Positions 12,438 through 23,518 are shown, counted from the first letter of the stretch. The stretch: DNA of 64,000 nt from Gammaproteobacteria bacterium (GCA_965238225.1 OZ250183.1:1376001-1440000); one strand, 5' to 3'. Notes: a model not told the origin generated them from the letters alone. Numbers and translations: made by a program.

Positions 12438-13754
12438 TTAATTAAAACCTATGTATTTGATAAATTGATTGATAAATTCTGGTTCTTGTGTGGCAACAAT
12501 CACCATAATGATAATATTGAACACAGCGATAATAAAAAAGATATGTGGAATATCTGCGCCTGCTTTAGTGAGCAAAATGATTGATATTGCGGAAACCACC
12601 ATAAATAATGCATTAATAATATTATTTGCTGCGATGATTCTGGAACGATGACGAGGATTACTTTTTTGCTGCATTGTGGCATACAGAGGAACTATATATA
12701 AGCCTCCAGATAAACCAATCATGCCGAAGTCGATCAACACGTGCCAGTGACTTAAATATTGTAGAAACATACTGGCGCTTAATAACTCACCTTCTGTCAG
12801 TCTTATATCCGGCAATGAAATAAAAGACAGATCAATTGCAAAAAGTGTTAGCCCTATAGCGCCTATCGGCACTAACCCCAGATTGATATGTTTGTATGAT
12901 AATTTTTCACACAGTAATGAGCCTGCGCCTACGCCAATTGAAAATGCAGTAAGTATGATTGTCGCTATTTTTTCATCAGCGTTTAAAATATCTGGCGTAT
13001 AGGTAAATATTAAAGATAAAAAAGTAGCGCCGTAGAACCAGAACCACGAAATACTAATTACTGCCCAAAAAACAATTCGGTTTTCTCTGGAAAATTTAAT
13101 AATTTTGATAGTCTCTGAAAAAAAATTCCAGTTGATGCGAAGTGATGGATCGGGTGCAAGTGCTTTAGGTATAAAAAAGCTGGCAACCCAACCCGCCGCC
13201 GCAAGCAAGATAATCAAGGCAGAAACATAAAGACCCCCATTAGGATTCATTATGATAAGAACGCCACCAATAACCGTCCCCGATAATATAGCCAGATATG
13301 TGCCCATCTGAATCATACCATTGCCACCAATCATCTCATCCTCTGATAAAAGTTGCGGGAGAATGCTGTATTTTAAAGGGCCAAATAATGCTGACTGCAT
13401 CCCCATAAAAAATAAAACTGTTAGTAGTATAGGGACACTCATAAAATAAAATCCCAGACTTGCCACGCACATAATTATAATCTCGATGAACTTGATTCGA
13501 CGGATTAACATAGATTTTTCAAATTTGTCGGCCAATTGACCGGCTGTGGCAGAAAAAAGAAAGAAAGGCAATATGAATATACCTGACGCAATAGTCACTA
13601 AAATAGTACCGTTGGCTCCTATCTGTTTGGCAAGAGAGAATGCTATTAAAATGGCGATTGCATTTTTAAAAACATTATCATTAAGCGCACCTAGAAACTG
13701 AGTGCTGAATATAGGTAAAAATCGATTGTATTTTAATAAGCTAAACTGGTTCAT
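12438..13754 (-). CDS. MFS transporter, LplT/Aas-associated type
   Basis: TQFLGALNDNVFKN, GQLADKFEKS, SALFGPLKYSILP, RSRIIAANNIINALFMV. Confidence 0.88.
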   Translation of the reverse strand: MNQFSLLKYNRFLPIFSTQFLGALNDNVFKNAIAILIAFSLAKQIGANGTILVTIASGIFILPFFLFSATAGQLADKFEKSMLIRRIKFIEIIIMCVASLGFYFMSVPILLTVLFFMGMQSALFGPLKYSILPQLLSEDEMIGGNGMIQMGTYLAILSGTVIGGVLIIMNPNGGLYVSALIILLAAAGWVASFFIPKALAPDPSLRINWNFFSETIKIIKFSRENRIVFWAVISISWFWFYGATFLSLIFTYTPDILNADEKIATIILTAFSIGVGAGSLLCEKLSYKHINLGLVPIGAIGLTLFAIDLSFISLPDIRLTEGELLSASMFLQYLSHWHVLIDFGMIGLSGGLYIVPLYATMQQKSNPRHRSRIIAANNIINALFMVVSAISIILLTKAGADIPHIFFIIAVFNIIIMVIVATQEPEFINQFIKYIGFN

Positions 13755-13972
13755 AATCAGATCAATTAGATTGAATTCCTGTTAATTTATTCGACAATAT
13801 ATGCTACCGATTCACAATCATATTATCAAATAATTGACCACAAGCTAATTCCGCTTTTCTTCATATAGTTTAATTCCCCATTCTTGTTGCGGGGATTTTT
13901 ATTGGTTTACTTTGGGGTAATATGTAAAATCATACTGACAGAAGAACTCGATAGAGAGAAATAGAACACAAC

Positions 13973-15424
13973 ATGAGTATTATCACAGACATAAAATTAT
14001 TAAAAAACAGGCGTACGAAGATTATTGCCACACTAGGGCCAGCCTCAAATTCAGCAGATATCATCAAGCAATTAATCAAAGCCGGTGCCAATATCTTTCG
14101 TCTGAATATGTCTCATGGTGACCATGCTAGCCATGCGAATACTTATAAACTCGTGCGTAATATTGCCGAAGACTTGGGCAAACCTATTGCTGTACTGGCA
14201 GATCTATGTGGTCCAAAGATTCGTGTAGGAAGGTTTAAGGGTGGGCAAATTACATTGCTTAATGGGCAGTCTGTGACTATCACGACGCGTAATGTTGAAG
14301 GAGATCAAGATCTGATTCCTTCTCAATATAAAGCGCTGGCAAATGATGTTACATCTGGGGATCGTATCTTACTTAACGATGGCAATCTTGAACTTCAAGT
14401 TGAAGATATTCATGGCACTGAAATTTCTTGTAAGATTATCCATGGAGGAGTTCTGAAGGACAACAAAGGTATTAACCTTCCTAATGTTCATGTATCAGCA
14501 ACCTCTCTTACAAACAAAGATCGTGATGATGCACAATTTGTTTTAAATCTCGGAGTAGATTTCCTAGCATTATCTTTTGTCCGCTGTGCTAAGGATATTG
14601 ATGATTTGAGATCGATTGTTAGCAAGGCAGGTGCAAATACAAGTATTATTGCTAAGATCGAGAAATCAGAAGCACTGGAAAATATAGATGCTATCCTCGA
14701 TGCTGCTGATGGCATTATGGTAGCGCGTGGTGATTTGGGGGTTGAACTTAAACCTGAACAAGTTCCAGTTACCCAAAGTCAGCTGATTGGTCATGCTCGA
14801 CAAAAATTTAAATCCGTCATCGTTGCCACTCAGATGTTGGAATCCATGATTGAAAACGCCAGACCAACTCGCGCCGAGGTAACAGATATCTCTTATGCTG
14901 CAACTTTAGGCACTGATGCTGTCATGTTATCTGCTGAATCTGCTGTCGGCAATTTTCCTGTCGAATCAGTGGAAATGATGGATCGGATACTACGTCAAAC
15001 CGAGACTCATCTGTGGCAAAACGGCGAATATAACTCTAACCTTGCTGTCGCAAACACATTCCCTCTGCCCGTATGGGAAGCCATGGCAAATGCAAACAAT
15101 GGCCTAGCAAGAGACTTGATGGTACGTGCCGTTATTGTAATTTCACAAGGAGGTATGTCAGCAATCACCATGAGTGCCGCAAGGCCTGCAGCACCTGTGG
15201 TTGCTATATCAAATAAACTTGGCACCTGTAGAAAAATGGCGATGATGTGGGGTATTATTCCGATGCTGGTGGAGGAAGACAAGATGGGCAACCATTACGA
15301 ACTGACAAAAACGATTGTCAAAAAATTAAATTTGGCGCGATCAGGAGATACCACGTTATTGGTAAAAGGATTCCATCAGGATCCAAAATTGAATTACCCT
15401 TCTGTAACGGTCGTTACCATCTAG
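13973..15424 (+). CDS. pyk: Pyruvate kinase
   Basis: RRTKIIATLGPAS, RLNMSHG, IIAKIE, MVARGDLGVE, ATQMLESM. Confidence 0.98.
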   Translation: MSIITDIKLLKNRRTKIIATLGPASNSADIIKQLIKAGANIFRLNMSHGDHASHANTYKLVRNIAEDLGKPIAVLADLCGPKIRVGRFKGGQITLLNGQSVTITTRNVEGDQDLIPSQYKALANDVTSGDRILLNDGNLELQVEDIHGTEISCKIIHGGVLKDNKGINLPNVHVSATSLTNKDRDDAQFVLNLGVDFLALSFVRCAKDIDDLRSIVSKAGANTSIIAKIEKSEALENIDAILDAADGIMVARGDLGVELKPEQVPVTQSQLIGHARQKFKSVIVATQMLESMIENARPTRAEVTDISYAATLGTDAVMLSAESAVGNFPVESVEMMDRILRQTETHLWQNGEYNSNLAVANTFPLPVWEAMANANNGLARDLMVRAVIVISQGGMSAITMSAARPAAPVVAISNKLGTCRKMAMMWGIIPMLVEEDKMGNHYELTKTIVKKLNLARSGDTTLLVKGFHQDPKLNYPSVTVVTI

Positions 15425-15912
15425 TAACGATATTTATAGACAGGCTCGGCATCATCTGTAGCTGCCTGATATTTTACAGAAATCTCATTAAACGCATTCA
15501 GTGCGTCTTGTGCATCTTTATCTTTTCTTAATTGAAAAGAATTAATGCCACAGCGTTGCATAAAGAAAAGCTGATCACGCAAAACATCACCGACCGCACG
15601 TAATTCTAATTGATAGTGATACCTATCACGCAACAAACGTGCATGCGAGTAACAACGTCCATCAGTAAAGACAGGAAAATCCAGCGCAATCAAATCAAAA
15701 TTCTCAATATCTTTTGCTACTGCGTGAATATCATCATCGCCATTGATACAAACTCCTAACATTCCTTCTCTGTTTGGTAAAACTTCCTTATTATTCAGCC
15801 AATAAGAGAAAGGCACGATAATATCGCCTGCGGGTAAACTTTCGCCTGATGTTATTTCAACAAGACGTTGCCAACTATCTTCAACAATTTTTTTATCTTT
15901 AATTAATTGCAT
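15421..15912 (-). CDS. DUF934 family protein (partner of CysI)
   Basis: IALDFPVFTDGR.YS.ARLLR, RAVGDVLRDQLFFMQRCG; directly downstream of cysI; ATG at 15912 preferred. Confidence 0.9.
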   Translation of the reverse strand: MQLIKDKKIVEDSWQRLVEITSGESLPAGDIIVPFSYWLNNKEVLPNREGMLGVCINGDDDIHAVAKDIENFDLIALDFPVFTDGRCYSHARLLRDRYHYQLELRAVGDVLRDQLFFMQRCGINSFQLRKDKDAQDALNAFNEISVKYQAATDDAEPVYKYRY

Positions 15913-15929
15913 TGTACAGATGCCTATCT

Positions 15930-17612
15930 TCAATGAGGGATAGCAATCTTGTCTGAAGATTGCTCTGGATAAACTCTTTGCTTGTATGGTGCAATGCCAA
16001 CTCGGCGATAAGTATCAAGAAAAGACTCTTTTTCTATGCGATGTTCAACGTAGACATCAAGTAATTGACCTATAGTATCAGCCACCTTCTCTTTCTCGAT
16101 GGCAGGGCCAAGACGATCACCCAAAACCGCATCATTTTCTGCCGAGCCTCCAAGTGTTAATTGATAAAATTCAACCCCTTTTTTATCTACGCCAAGTATA
16201 CCGATATGACCAACGTGGTGATGGCCACAAGCATTCATACAACCTGACATTTTTATCTTGATATCACCAATGTCATGCAGGTAATCCATATCATTAAATT
16301 TTTCGTTAATCTGCTTTGCGATGGGGATAGAGCCGGCATTTGCAAGTGAACAAAAATCCAGCCCAGGACAACAAATCATATCGGTCAATAATCCAATATT
16401 GGGCGTTGCTAAACCCTGCGCAACCAAACCTTCCCATAAAGAAAATAAATCAGCCTGCTTGACATGCGGCATAATAAAATTTTGGTCATGGGTGGTGACT
16501 ATCTCAGAAAAGCTATATTTGTCTATTAAGTCGGCAAGATGATCCATCTGCACATCGGTAACATCTCCAGGGGCAATTGCTGGTGCCTTGAGCGACACCA
16601 CAACCGCACGATAACCATCTGCTCTGTGCGACACAACATTTCGCTCAATCCATACAGAGAATGCCGAGTTGTTGGCTTTATGTACGGCAAAACTCGTGTC
16701 AGCGCCTGCATCTTTTTCATAATCTGGTGCTGAAAATTGTGTGCGAACACGATCGATTTCTTTTTGATCTAACAGCAATACAGAATCTTTGATATGTAGC
16801 CATTCTTCTTCTACCATTTGGGAGAATTTTTCAATACCTGTTGCATTCACCAAAATCTTTATTCTGGCTTTGTATTTGTTGTCGCGCCTACCAAAGCGAT
16901 TATAAATACGCAGGATAGCTTCCATATAAGACAGCATATGTTTCTTTTCAAGAAATTCACGAATAACTTTCCCGATGACTGGTGTGCGACCAAGACCGCC
17001 GCCGACGAGTACCTTGAAACCAACATCACCAACATCATTACGCACTAGATACAAACCAATATCATGTACCTGCACCGCAGCCCTGTCATGTATTGCACCT
17101 GATACAGCAAACTTGAATTTACGAGGCAGGTAAGAAAATTCAGGATGAAAAGTTGACCACTGACGCAGTATTTCACAATAGGGTCTGGGATCTTCCACCT
17201 CGTCTTTGGCAACGCCTGCAAACTGATCGGAAGTAATATTACGGATACAATTACCACTGGATTGAATAGCATGCATTTGCACACTGGCGAGGTCGGCTAG
17301 AATATCAGGGACAGTCTCTAACTTCGGCCAGTTGTATTGTATGTTTTGTCGTGTACTGATATGACCATAATTCTTGTCGTACTTACGAGAGATATGAGCA
17401 AGCATGCGTAGTTGTCTGGAAGATAATAATCCATAAGGAATATCCACACGTAACATTGGCGCATGTGTCTGGATATATAAACCATTCATCAATCGCAATG
17501 GTCTAAATTCATCCTCCGACAATTCACCCGCAAGATAACGTCGAGTTTGATCTCGATATTGTTCTACGCGTTCATCTACTATCTTCTGATCGTAATTATC
17601 ATACTGATACAT
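15930..17612 (-). CDS. cysI: Sulfite/nitrite reductase hemoprotein (Pseudomonas-type CysI)
   Basis: MYQYD..DQ N-terminus, LPRKFK, RRDNKYKARIKILV, CCPGLDFCSLAN and SGCMNACGHHH siroheme/4Fe-4S ligands. Confidence 0.92.
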   Translation of the reverse strand: MYQYDNYDQKIVDERVEQYRDQTRRYLAGELSEDEFRPLRLMNGLYIQTHAPMLRVDIPYGLLSSRQLRMLAHISRKYDKNYGHISTRQNIQYNWPKLETVPDILADLASVQMHAIQSSGNCIRNITSDQFAGVAKDEVEDPRPYCEILRQWSTFHPEFSYLPRKFKFAVSGAIHDRAAVQVHDIGLYLVRNDVGDVGFKVLVGGGLGRTPVIGKVIREFLEKKHMLSYMEAILRIYNRFGRRDNKYKARIKILVNATGIEKFSQMVEEEWLHIKDSVLLLDQKEIDRVRTQFSAPDYEKDAGADTSFAVHKANNSAFSVWIERNVVSHRADGYRAVVVSLKAPAIAPGDVTDVQMDHLADLIDKYSFSEIVTTHDQNFIMPHVKQADLFSLWEGLVAQGLATPNIGLLTDMICCPGLDFCSLANAGSIPIAKQINEKFNDMDYLHDIGDIKIKMSGCMNACGHHHVGHIGILGVDKKGVEFYQLTLGGSAENDAVLGDRLGPAIEKEKVADTIGQLLDVYVEHRIEKESFLDTYRRVGIAPYKQRVYPEQSSDKIAIPH

Positions 17613-17808
17613 CTTTTTTCGCCATATAAGTAGCTAATTAACTTAATATATTTTGCTCTAACGTCGAGGAAAATAGCAATAACTTCTTATACTTAAAAGG
17701 AATTAATTTAACTAAAGTTATACTATTTAGTTATTAACTTGACTCTGAAAAATGAATTGCTATGCGCTGGCGTGGCTATAGAAAAAGCCATAAATGCAGG
17801 GGAATATT

Positions 17809-18051
17809 TTATGGGTATCGTGCAAGGAGCGTTCGTCCTTTGCGCGTAATGTAACCTTCAGCGTCAATAAATCCACCATTTTTAGCAATGGATAAAAGTT
17901 GCACAGGCTTTGTTTTAGAAAGATACACCATACCATCGCCATAGTGGCACTTTAAAAACTCAGCGACCTGCTGCTCTTCTATTTTCAACCCATCTAAGGA
18001 TACAACGGTACTCAAATCGGTACTCAAATCGGTGTTCAAATCGGTGTTCAA
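17809..18051 (-). CDS. Small hypothetical protein with an N-terminal 12-bp repeat (N/S-T-D-L)
   Basis: GGAGG Shine-Dalgarno at ~18059-18063 before a TTG start; protein-like C-terminus GFIDAEGYITRKGRTLL. Confidence 0.6.
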   Translation of the reverse strand: MNTDLNTDLSTDLSTVVSLDGLKIEEQQVAEFLKCHYGDGMVYLSKTKPVQLLSIAKNGGFIDAEGYITRKGRTLLARYP

Positions 18052-18243
18052 ATCAAATCCTCCAAAAAAATAATTTACTGTTCTTTTTATTGCTCTTTAC
18101 ACCCAATACTTTGACTTAAGAATTCGTAAATAATGAGCCAACAAGTCTTACATATCATAAACCACCTAAACCAACCTCAAGTTATATACATTATCTAAAA
18201 ACTATGTCAAGTATTTATTGTAATTAATTGATTAATCTATATT

Positions 18244-19341
18244 TTATTGAATATGCTGTTTTGCAAGGTAAGTGCGTGTACGCATCTCTTCTAGGCGGCT
18301 AATCGTCCTTAAAAATGGCTTAGCCAAGCGCTTGCCTGTGTAAAGTTTGCAGGGTTTTTCTGCTGCAGACACAATTAACTTAACATTTCTGTCATAAAAT
18401 TCGTCTATCAAAGTCATAAATCTCCTAGCCTTATCGTTTGTCAATTCATCCATTACTGGGATATCTGATATCAAAACCGTTTGAAATAATCTAGCGATTT
18501 CAATGTAGTCTGCGGAACCTCTTGGTTCATCACAAACGGCATCAAAATTAAACCACACGACACCATCTGCATGGCAGACAGTTTGAATCATCCTGCCTAC
18601 TATCTCAATAGACAAACTATTCGTGACTTCGTTCGGTGCAATGTGATTAAAATTAGTTTTCAGCATTTGCCTTGCCTTGTCATCTAGGGGCGAATGATAA
18701 ATTTCCGTTTTATCCAAAAATTGTAAACGATAATCAATACCTGAATCCACATTAACTACTTCTGTATATTTTTTTATCAGGTGAATCGCGGGTAAAAATT
18801 GTTCTCTTTGCAATCCATCCCAATACAATTGATCCGGTGCCTCATTAGAGCTTGTAACCAGAACCACGCCTCGCTCGAACAAACCTTTGAGCAAACCACT
18901 CAACAACATAGCATCCGTGATATCAGGCACATAAAATTCATCAAAACATAATACTTTGGTTTTGGAGGCAATGTTGTCTGCCACAATTTTTAATGGGTCA
19001 TTTATATTATGAAGATTTTTTAATTGTGTATGCACCATTTGCATAAAACGATAAAAATGGACTCTTTGTTTTTCCTTGAAAGGCAAACTATCAAAGAAGG
19101 AATCAAGAAGATAGGTTTTACCTCGCCCAACTCCACCCCAAAAATACAGTCCTTTGATAATATTTGATTTATCTTTTGCAAATTTCTGTCTGATCTTTTT
19201 AAAGAAATTATTTTTAATATCGTCATAAAATAGTAATTCATCAAAAAGTTTTTGAGTGTGTCGCACAGCATTTTCTTGCGCCTTATCTAAATGAAAATCT
19301 TCGCGCAATAAATCTGCCTGATACTTTTCTAGAGGCGTCAT
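18244..19341 (-). CDS. zapE: Cell division ATPase ZapE (AFG1 family)
   Basis: GLYFWGGVGRGKT, LCFDEF, DITDAMLL, RRFMTLIDEFYDR, RTISRLEEM. Confidence 0.95.
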   Translation of the reverse strand: MTPLEKYQADLLREDFHLDKAQENAVRHTQKLFDELLFYDDIKNNFFKKIRQKFAKDKSNIIKGLYFWGGVGRGKTYLLDSFFDSLPFKEKQRVHFYRFMQMVHTQLKNLHNINDPLKIVADNIASKTKVLCFDEFYVPDITDAMLLSGLLKGLFERGVVLVTSSNEAPDQLYWDGLQREQFLPAIHLIKKYTEVVNVDSGIDYRLQFLDKTEIYHSPLDDKARQMLKTNFNHIAPNEVTNSLSIEIVGRMIQTVCHADGVVWFNFDAVCDEPRGSADYIEIARLFQTVLISDIPVMDELTNDKARRFMTLIDEFYDRNVKLIVSAAEKPCKLYTGKRLAKPFLRTISRLEEMRTRTYLAKQHIQ

Positions 19342-19457
19342 AGTCAACCAGTGTTATTATGAATATAATAATGCTAAATAAAAAAATAAGTTCTCATTAG
19401 ATTGCGGTTAAAGTATAACCGAAAACAATCAAGCATAAGCTAGGAATAACATAATTC

Positions 19458-20144
19458 ATGATATTTACCATCGCTATAATCTCTATTATCTTGCTTATCT
19501 TCGGGCCGCAAATATGGGCTAGGCATGTGTTTAAAAAATATGCAGTAGAGATTGATGCTTTCCCGGGCACAGGCGGTGAGCTTGCTGAACATTTAGTCGA
19601 ATATCTTAAACTTACCAATGTTCGCGTTGAAGCAGGTGAGAAAAACGACAATTATTATGATCCAGACAATAAACTGGTAAAACTATCTCCAGATAATTTC
19701 AATGGAAAATCATTAACCGCTGTTACTGTTGCTGCACATGAAATAGGTCATGCCATACAACATCAGAGCAATTATCTGCCTTTATTTCTACGCACTCGAC
19801 TTAGCAAATTTTCATGTTTTTCAGAAAAAATTGCTTCTATACTTCTGGTTACATGCCCTTTTATATCATTACTCACACATTATCCCATCGTAGGCGTTAT
19901 TACACTTGTCTGTGGCTTGGCTATTTTACTTTTACCCGTATTAATTCATCTAACCACATTACCAGTAGAATGGGATGCCAGTTTCAAACGGGCACTGCCC
20001 GTATTAATTGCTGGGGAATATATTCCTGAATCTGCTGTGCCTGCCGCAAAAAAAATCCTGACAGCAGCTGCGCTCACTTATCTAGCTGCATCACTTGCCA
20101 GTATTTTAAATTTCTATAGATGGATGATCTTCCTAAGACGTTAA
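19458..20144 (+). CDS. Neutral zinc metallopeptidase (YugP-like)
   Basis: VAAHEIGHAIQ (HExxH), TLPVEWDAS, LTAAALTY. Confidence 0.9.
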   Translation: MIFTIAIISIILLIFGPQIWARHVFKKYAVEIDAFPGTGGELAEHLVEYLKLTNVRVEAGEKNDNYYDPDNKLVKLSPDNFNGKSLTAVTVAAHEIGHAIQHQSNYLPLFLRTRLSKFSCFSEKIASILLVTCPFISLLTHYPIVGVITLVCGLAILLLPVLIHLTTLPVEWDASFKRALPVLIAGEYIPESAVPAAKKILTAAALTYLAASLASILNFYRWMIFLRR

Positions 20145-20202
20145 GCATTTCATTCGCCTTTATAGCATTGAAATTATCATTATCACTATGATCTTGTCAC
20201 CA

Positions 20203-21570
20203 TTATTTTGATTTATCATTTATTTTTGGTGCTTCAACATCATCACTTTGCTCGTCGATAAGCTCTTCATCTAATCTTTTATTAGTTTGCAGACCTAGTT
20301 CATAGATGGCTTCCGCCCTCCCAACAAGATTTCCTCTGCCAGATATCAAACGTTTATGGGCAAGCTCGTAGGCTTTCTGCGCCTTATCTAATTTTTCACC
20401 TACCTCTTCAAGTGCTTTCACAAAATCAACAAACTTGTCGTACATACCGCCCGCCTGTTTGGCGATTTTCTGGGCGTTTTTATTTTGATCTTCATAACGC
20501 CATATATTATGAATGAGCCGCAAAGTCATGTGTAGGGTAGTTGGACTGACTAAAACTATTCCGCGGTTAAAAGCATCATGATAAATACGCTCATCTCGTT
20601 CAAAAGCCAACATCAACGCAGGCTCAATGGGCACAAACATTAATACCATATCTAATGAGTTTATTCTGCTCAATTCTTTATAATTCTTTCCCTGTAACTC
20701 GGCAATATGTTTACGAATAGCTTTGAGGTGTTCAGCTAAGGCATGTTTCTGTTCTTCATTATCTTCTGAGGAACAAAATTTCTCATACGCATTAAGTGAA
20801 ACTTTGGAATCTATCACAACATATTTATTATCAGGTAAATGAACAACTACATCAGGATAAAATGACTTACCATTCTCATCATGATAGCTTTTTTGAAATT
20901 CATATTCACGTCCATTTTTTAGGCCGGAATCTTCCAACACTCTTTGCAAAATTACCTCGCCCCAGTTGCCGCGTATCTTGCTTTCGCCTTTAAGTGCCTT
21001 GGTCAAGTTTATTGCATCTTTACTCATTTTCTCATTTAAAGAGCGCAAATTGGTAATTTCTTCAAATAAAGACACCCTATCTCTAGTTTCTTTATCATAG
21101 ACATCATCAATTCTTTTTTTAAATTCCCTCAATTGCTCGCGCAATGGAACCAAGGTCTCGTTAATATTTGATTTATTTTGTTCGGTAAATTTTTTACTTT
21201 TTTCCTCCATAATTTTGTTGGATAGATTTTCAAATGCTAAAGTCATATTCTTTTCCATGCTCTTTTTGGCATCTTCCAACAAGGTTAATTTTTCCTGAAA
21301 TGATTTCTTTTCATCTTCAAGCAAAGTATTTAGTTTAGTTTTTTCTACATTGGCTTCCTGCGTCTGTTTTTGTTGTTGTTGATACAAGGACTCCTGCTGC
21401 CGAATTTCTTCCTTTAATTCATCAATTTCTATTGTTTTACGCTCAGACCGATCGTTTTCAACTGCCAGTTTGATATCCAACTGTTGCTGTTTTCGCCTAG
21501 AAAATAACCATGCCAAAAGGCCGCCAACGGTCAATCCAATTATTCCTGAGACAATAACAATTCCGTTCAT
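20203..21570 (-). CDS. rmuC: DNA recombination protein RmuC
   Basis: N-terminal TM and coiled coil, RGNWGEVIL, PDVVVHLP, IDSKVSL, MFVPIEPA, VSPTTL. Confidence 0.96.
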   Translation of the reverse strand: MNGIVIVSGIIGLTVGGLLAWLFSRRKQQQLDIKLAVENDRSERKTIEIDELKEEIRQQESLYQQQQKQTQEANVEKTKLNTLLEDEKKSFQEKLTLLEDAKKSMEKNMTLAFENLSNKIMEEKSKKFTEQNKSNINETLVPLREQLREFKKRIDDVYDKETRDRVSLFEEITNLRSLNEKMSKDAINLTKALKGESKIRGNWGEVILQRVLEDSGLKNGREYEFQKSYHDENGKSFYPDVVVHLPDNKYVVIDSKVSLNAYEKFCSSEDNEEQKHALAEHLKAIRKHIAELQGKNYKELSRINSLDMVLMFVPIEPALMLAFERDERIYHDAFNRGIVLVSPTTLHMTLRLIHNIWRYEDQNKNAQKIAKQAGGMYDKFVDFVKALEEVGEKLDKAQKAYELAHKRLISGRGNLVGRAEAIYELGLQTNKRLDEELIDEQSDDVEAPKINDKSK

Positions 21571-21848
21571 AATAGTTGTATTTAACTAACATAAAAATTG
21601 ATTTAAAATGTGGCTTTCAAGCATATCTAATCTAACCAGAAAAATCAGTTCCCGCTTCAAAAAAATCGAACAGGTGGAACTTGAAAATACCCCGCCCGCC
21701 TCATTAAATACAGATGATCAGAAAAAAATGTCCTAAGTATTGCATTACATAAATTTTTTCTTTATATCGATCAAGTAGCAGCCATTGAAAGCAAAAGATA
21801 TCGAAATATTTTTGATGATTAAAATGCGCAAACTAAAAACATTTTTTA

Positions 21849-23261
21849 TTATTTAATCATAATAAATGCAACACTATTTCCTCTTAAAATTTTCAACAAT
21901 AAAGATTTATTGTTTCCATTTATAAGCTTGAGAAATGTTGATATATTCTGCACTTTCCGACGATTCACAGAAATAATAACATCACCTTTTCTCAGGCCAC
22001 TGCGCCAAATAAGGCTTCCTCTTTCTATCTTAGTGACATAAACACCCTCTATTTTCCCAGAATTTTGAGGCCCCTCCTGAAGTTTGCGAACCGACAGACC
22101 TTGCAGATGCTTATTAATTGCGACCAGCTCCTCATTAGCCTCCTCTTTTCCTTCTGTAGAAACTACAGTTGTAATCTTTTTGGATTTACCCGCACGTAAA
22201 ATATCAAAAATAACCTGTTGGCCAACAGTCAGTAAACCAAAACTATTGCGCACATCGTCTGCATTTTTAACATCTTGACCATTTATTTTTACCAGTATAT
22301 CTCCGGGCTGAAGTCCGTCCTTGCCAGCAGGAGAACCCTCATAAACAGCAGTGACTACCGTGCCTCTATCGTGTCTCAACCCATGCTGCTGCAACCCAAA
22401 GGCTGCAATCAGAGCTGGCGTTAAATTCTGCACAGAGATTCCAAGAAAACCACGTTGCACTCTTCCATATTTCAGCAATTGATCGGCAATTTGCATCACC
22501 AGATTAATTGGTATAGCAAATCCGATACCGATATTTACACCACTGTTCGAAAAGATTGCCGTGCTGATGCCGACCAACTCACCTCTTAAATTCACTAGCG
22601 CGCCGCCAGAATTTCCCGGGTTAATAGAAGCATCTGTTTGAATAAAATTTTCATATTCCTCTATACCGAGACCGCTGCGACTAAGTGCGCTTACAATGCC
22701 AGAGGTTACAGTTTGTCCAAGACCGAACGGTTCGCCAATAGAGACAACAAAATCACCTACTCTGAGCTTGTCAGAGTCTGCTGTTTTTATAGCCACGATA
22801 CCTTCTGCCGGGATCTTAATCACGGCAACATCTGTTTTCGGATCGGCACCGATCAATTCTGCTTGCAGTTGTCTGCCGTCGCTTAATGTCACTATGATCT
22901 TCTCTGCATGAGCGATCACATGGTTGTTGGTAAATACCAAACCTCGCTTGGCATCAATAATCACACCCGAACCTCGGCTTTGGGCTTTTCTTTCTACACG
23001 CTGCTCCGGGATATTAAAAAAACGACGAAAGAATGTATCCGAAAAGATAGGATTTAACCCAGTCGAAACCGCGCCTTCTGTTGAGATATTGACGACTGCT
23101 GATGTAACATGTTCCAACATGGGTGCCAAAGATGGCAATTCTTTGCCATCTGCATAGACTGGCAATACCGCCTGTGCGGGCAAACAAACCAAGCCCAATA
23201 CAAATATTAATAAATTGCGCAGTAATGTGTCCGAAATTAAACTCGTTTTTACTTTATTCAT
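21849..23261 (-). CDS. degQ: Periplasmic HtrA-family serine protease with two PDZ domains (DegQ/DegP)
   Basis: Signal peptide, LPSLAPML, TNNHVI, QTDASINPGNSGGAL, two PDZ-like segments. Confidence 0.88.
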   Translation of the reverse strand: MNKVKTSLISDTLLRNLLIFVLGLVCLPAQAVLPVYADGKELPSLAPMLEHVTSAVVNISTEGAVSTGLNPIFSDTFFRRFFNIPEQRVERKAQSRGSGVIIDAKRGLVFTNNHVIAHAEKIIVTLSDGRQLQAELIGADPKTDVAVIKIPAEGIVAIKTADSDKLRVGDFVVSIGEPFGLGQTVTSGIVSALSRSGLGIEEYENFIQTDASINPGNSGGALVNLRGELVGISTAIFSNSGVNIGIGFAIPINLVMQIADQLLKYGRVQRGFLGISVQNLTPALIAAFGLQQHGLRHDRGTVVTAVYEGSPAGKDGLQPGDILVKINGQDVKNADDVRNSFGLLTVGQQVIFDILRAGKSKKITTVVSTEGKEEANEELVAINKHLQGLSVRKLQEGPQNSGKIEGVYVTKIERGSLIWRSGLRKGDVIISVNRRKVQNISTFLKLINGNNKSLLLKILRGNSVAFIMIK

Positions 23262-23372
23262 TAAAAATTACCTGAAAAATAAAATTATCTGAAAGTCAAA
23301 ATATAAATGCAGAAATGCAAATATATTATTCAATGGAATTAACAATTATACCTCAGTAAAAGTTTATGTTCT

Positions 23373-23405
23373 AAAGAAAGAGGCGGAAAACCTTCGCCTC
23401 TTCTT
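23373..23405 (-). terminator. Probable intrinsic terminator downstream of the hsp20 remnant
   Basis: Stem AAGAGGCG (23378-85) / CGCCTCTT (23395-402), followed by a T-rich tract on the minus strand. Confidence 0.6.
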
Positions 23406-23424
23406 GAAATTACTCAGTTTAAAC

Positions 23425-23518
23425 TTACTGGATTTGGCTTTTGACTGTAATTTTTCTTGGCTGCGCCTTTTTCAATCTATTCAACAAGCCCAATGATTCG
23501 TATCCTATAAAGTGTCAT
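23425..23518 (-). pseudogene. Internally deleted Hsp20/alpha-crystallin gene remnant
   Basis: GGAGA RBS and ATG at 23518. Removing one extra T gives MTLIGYESLGLLNRL-KKAQPRKITVKSQIQ*, which resembles an Hsp20 N-terminus joined to its C-terminal PRKIxV tail. Sigma32-like promoter upstream, terminator downstream. Confidence 0.7.
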
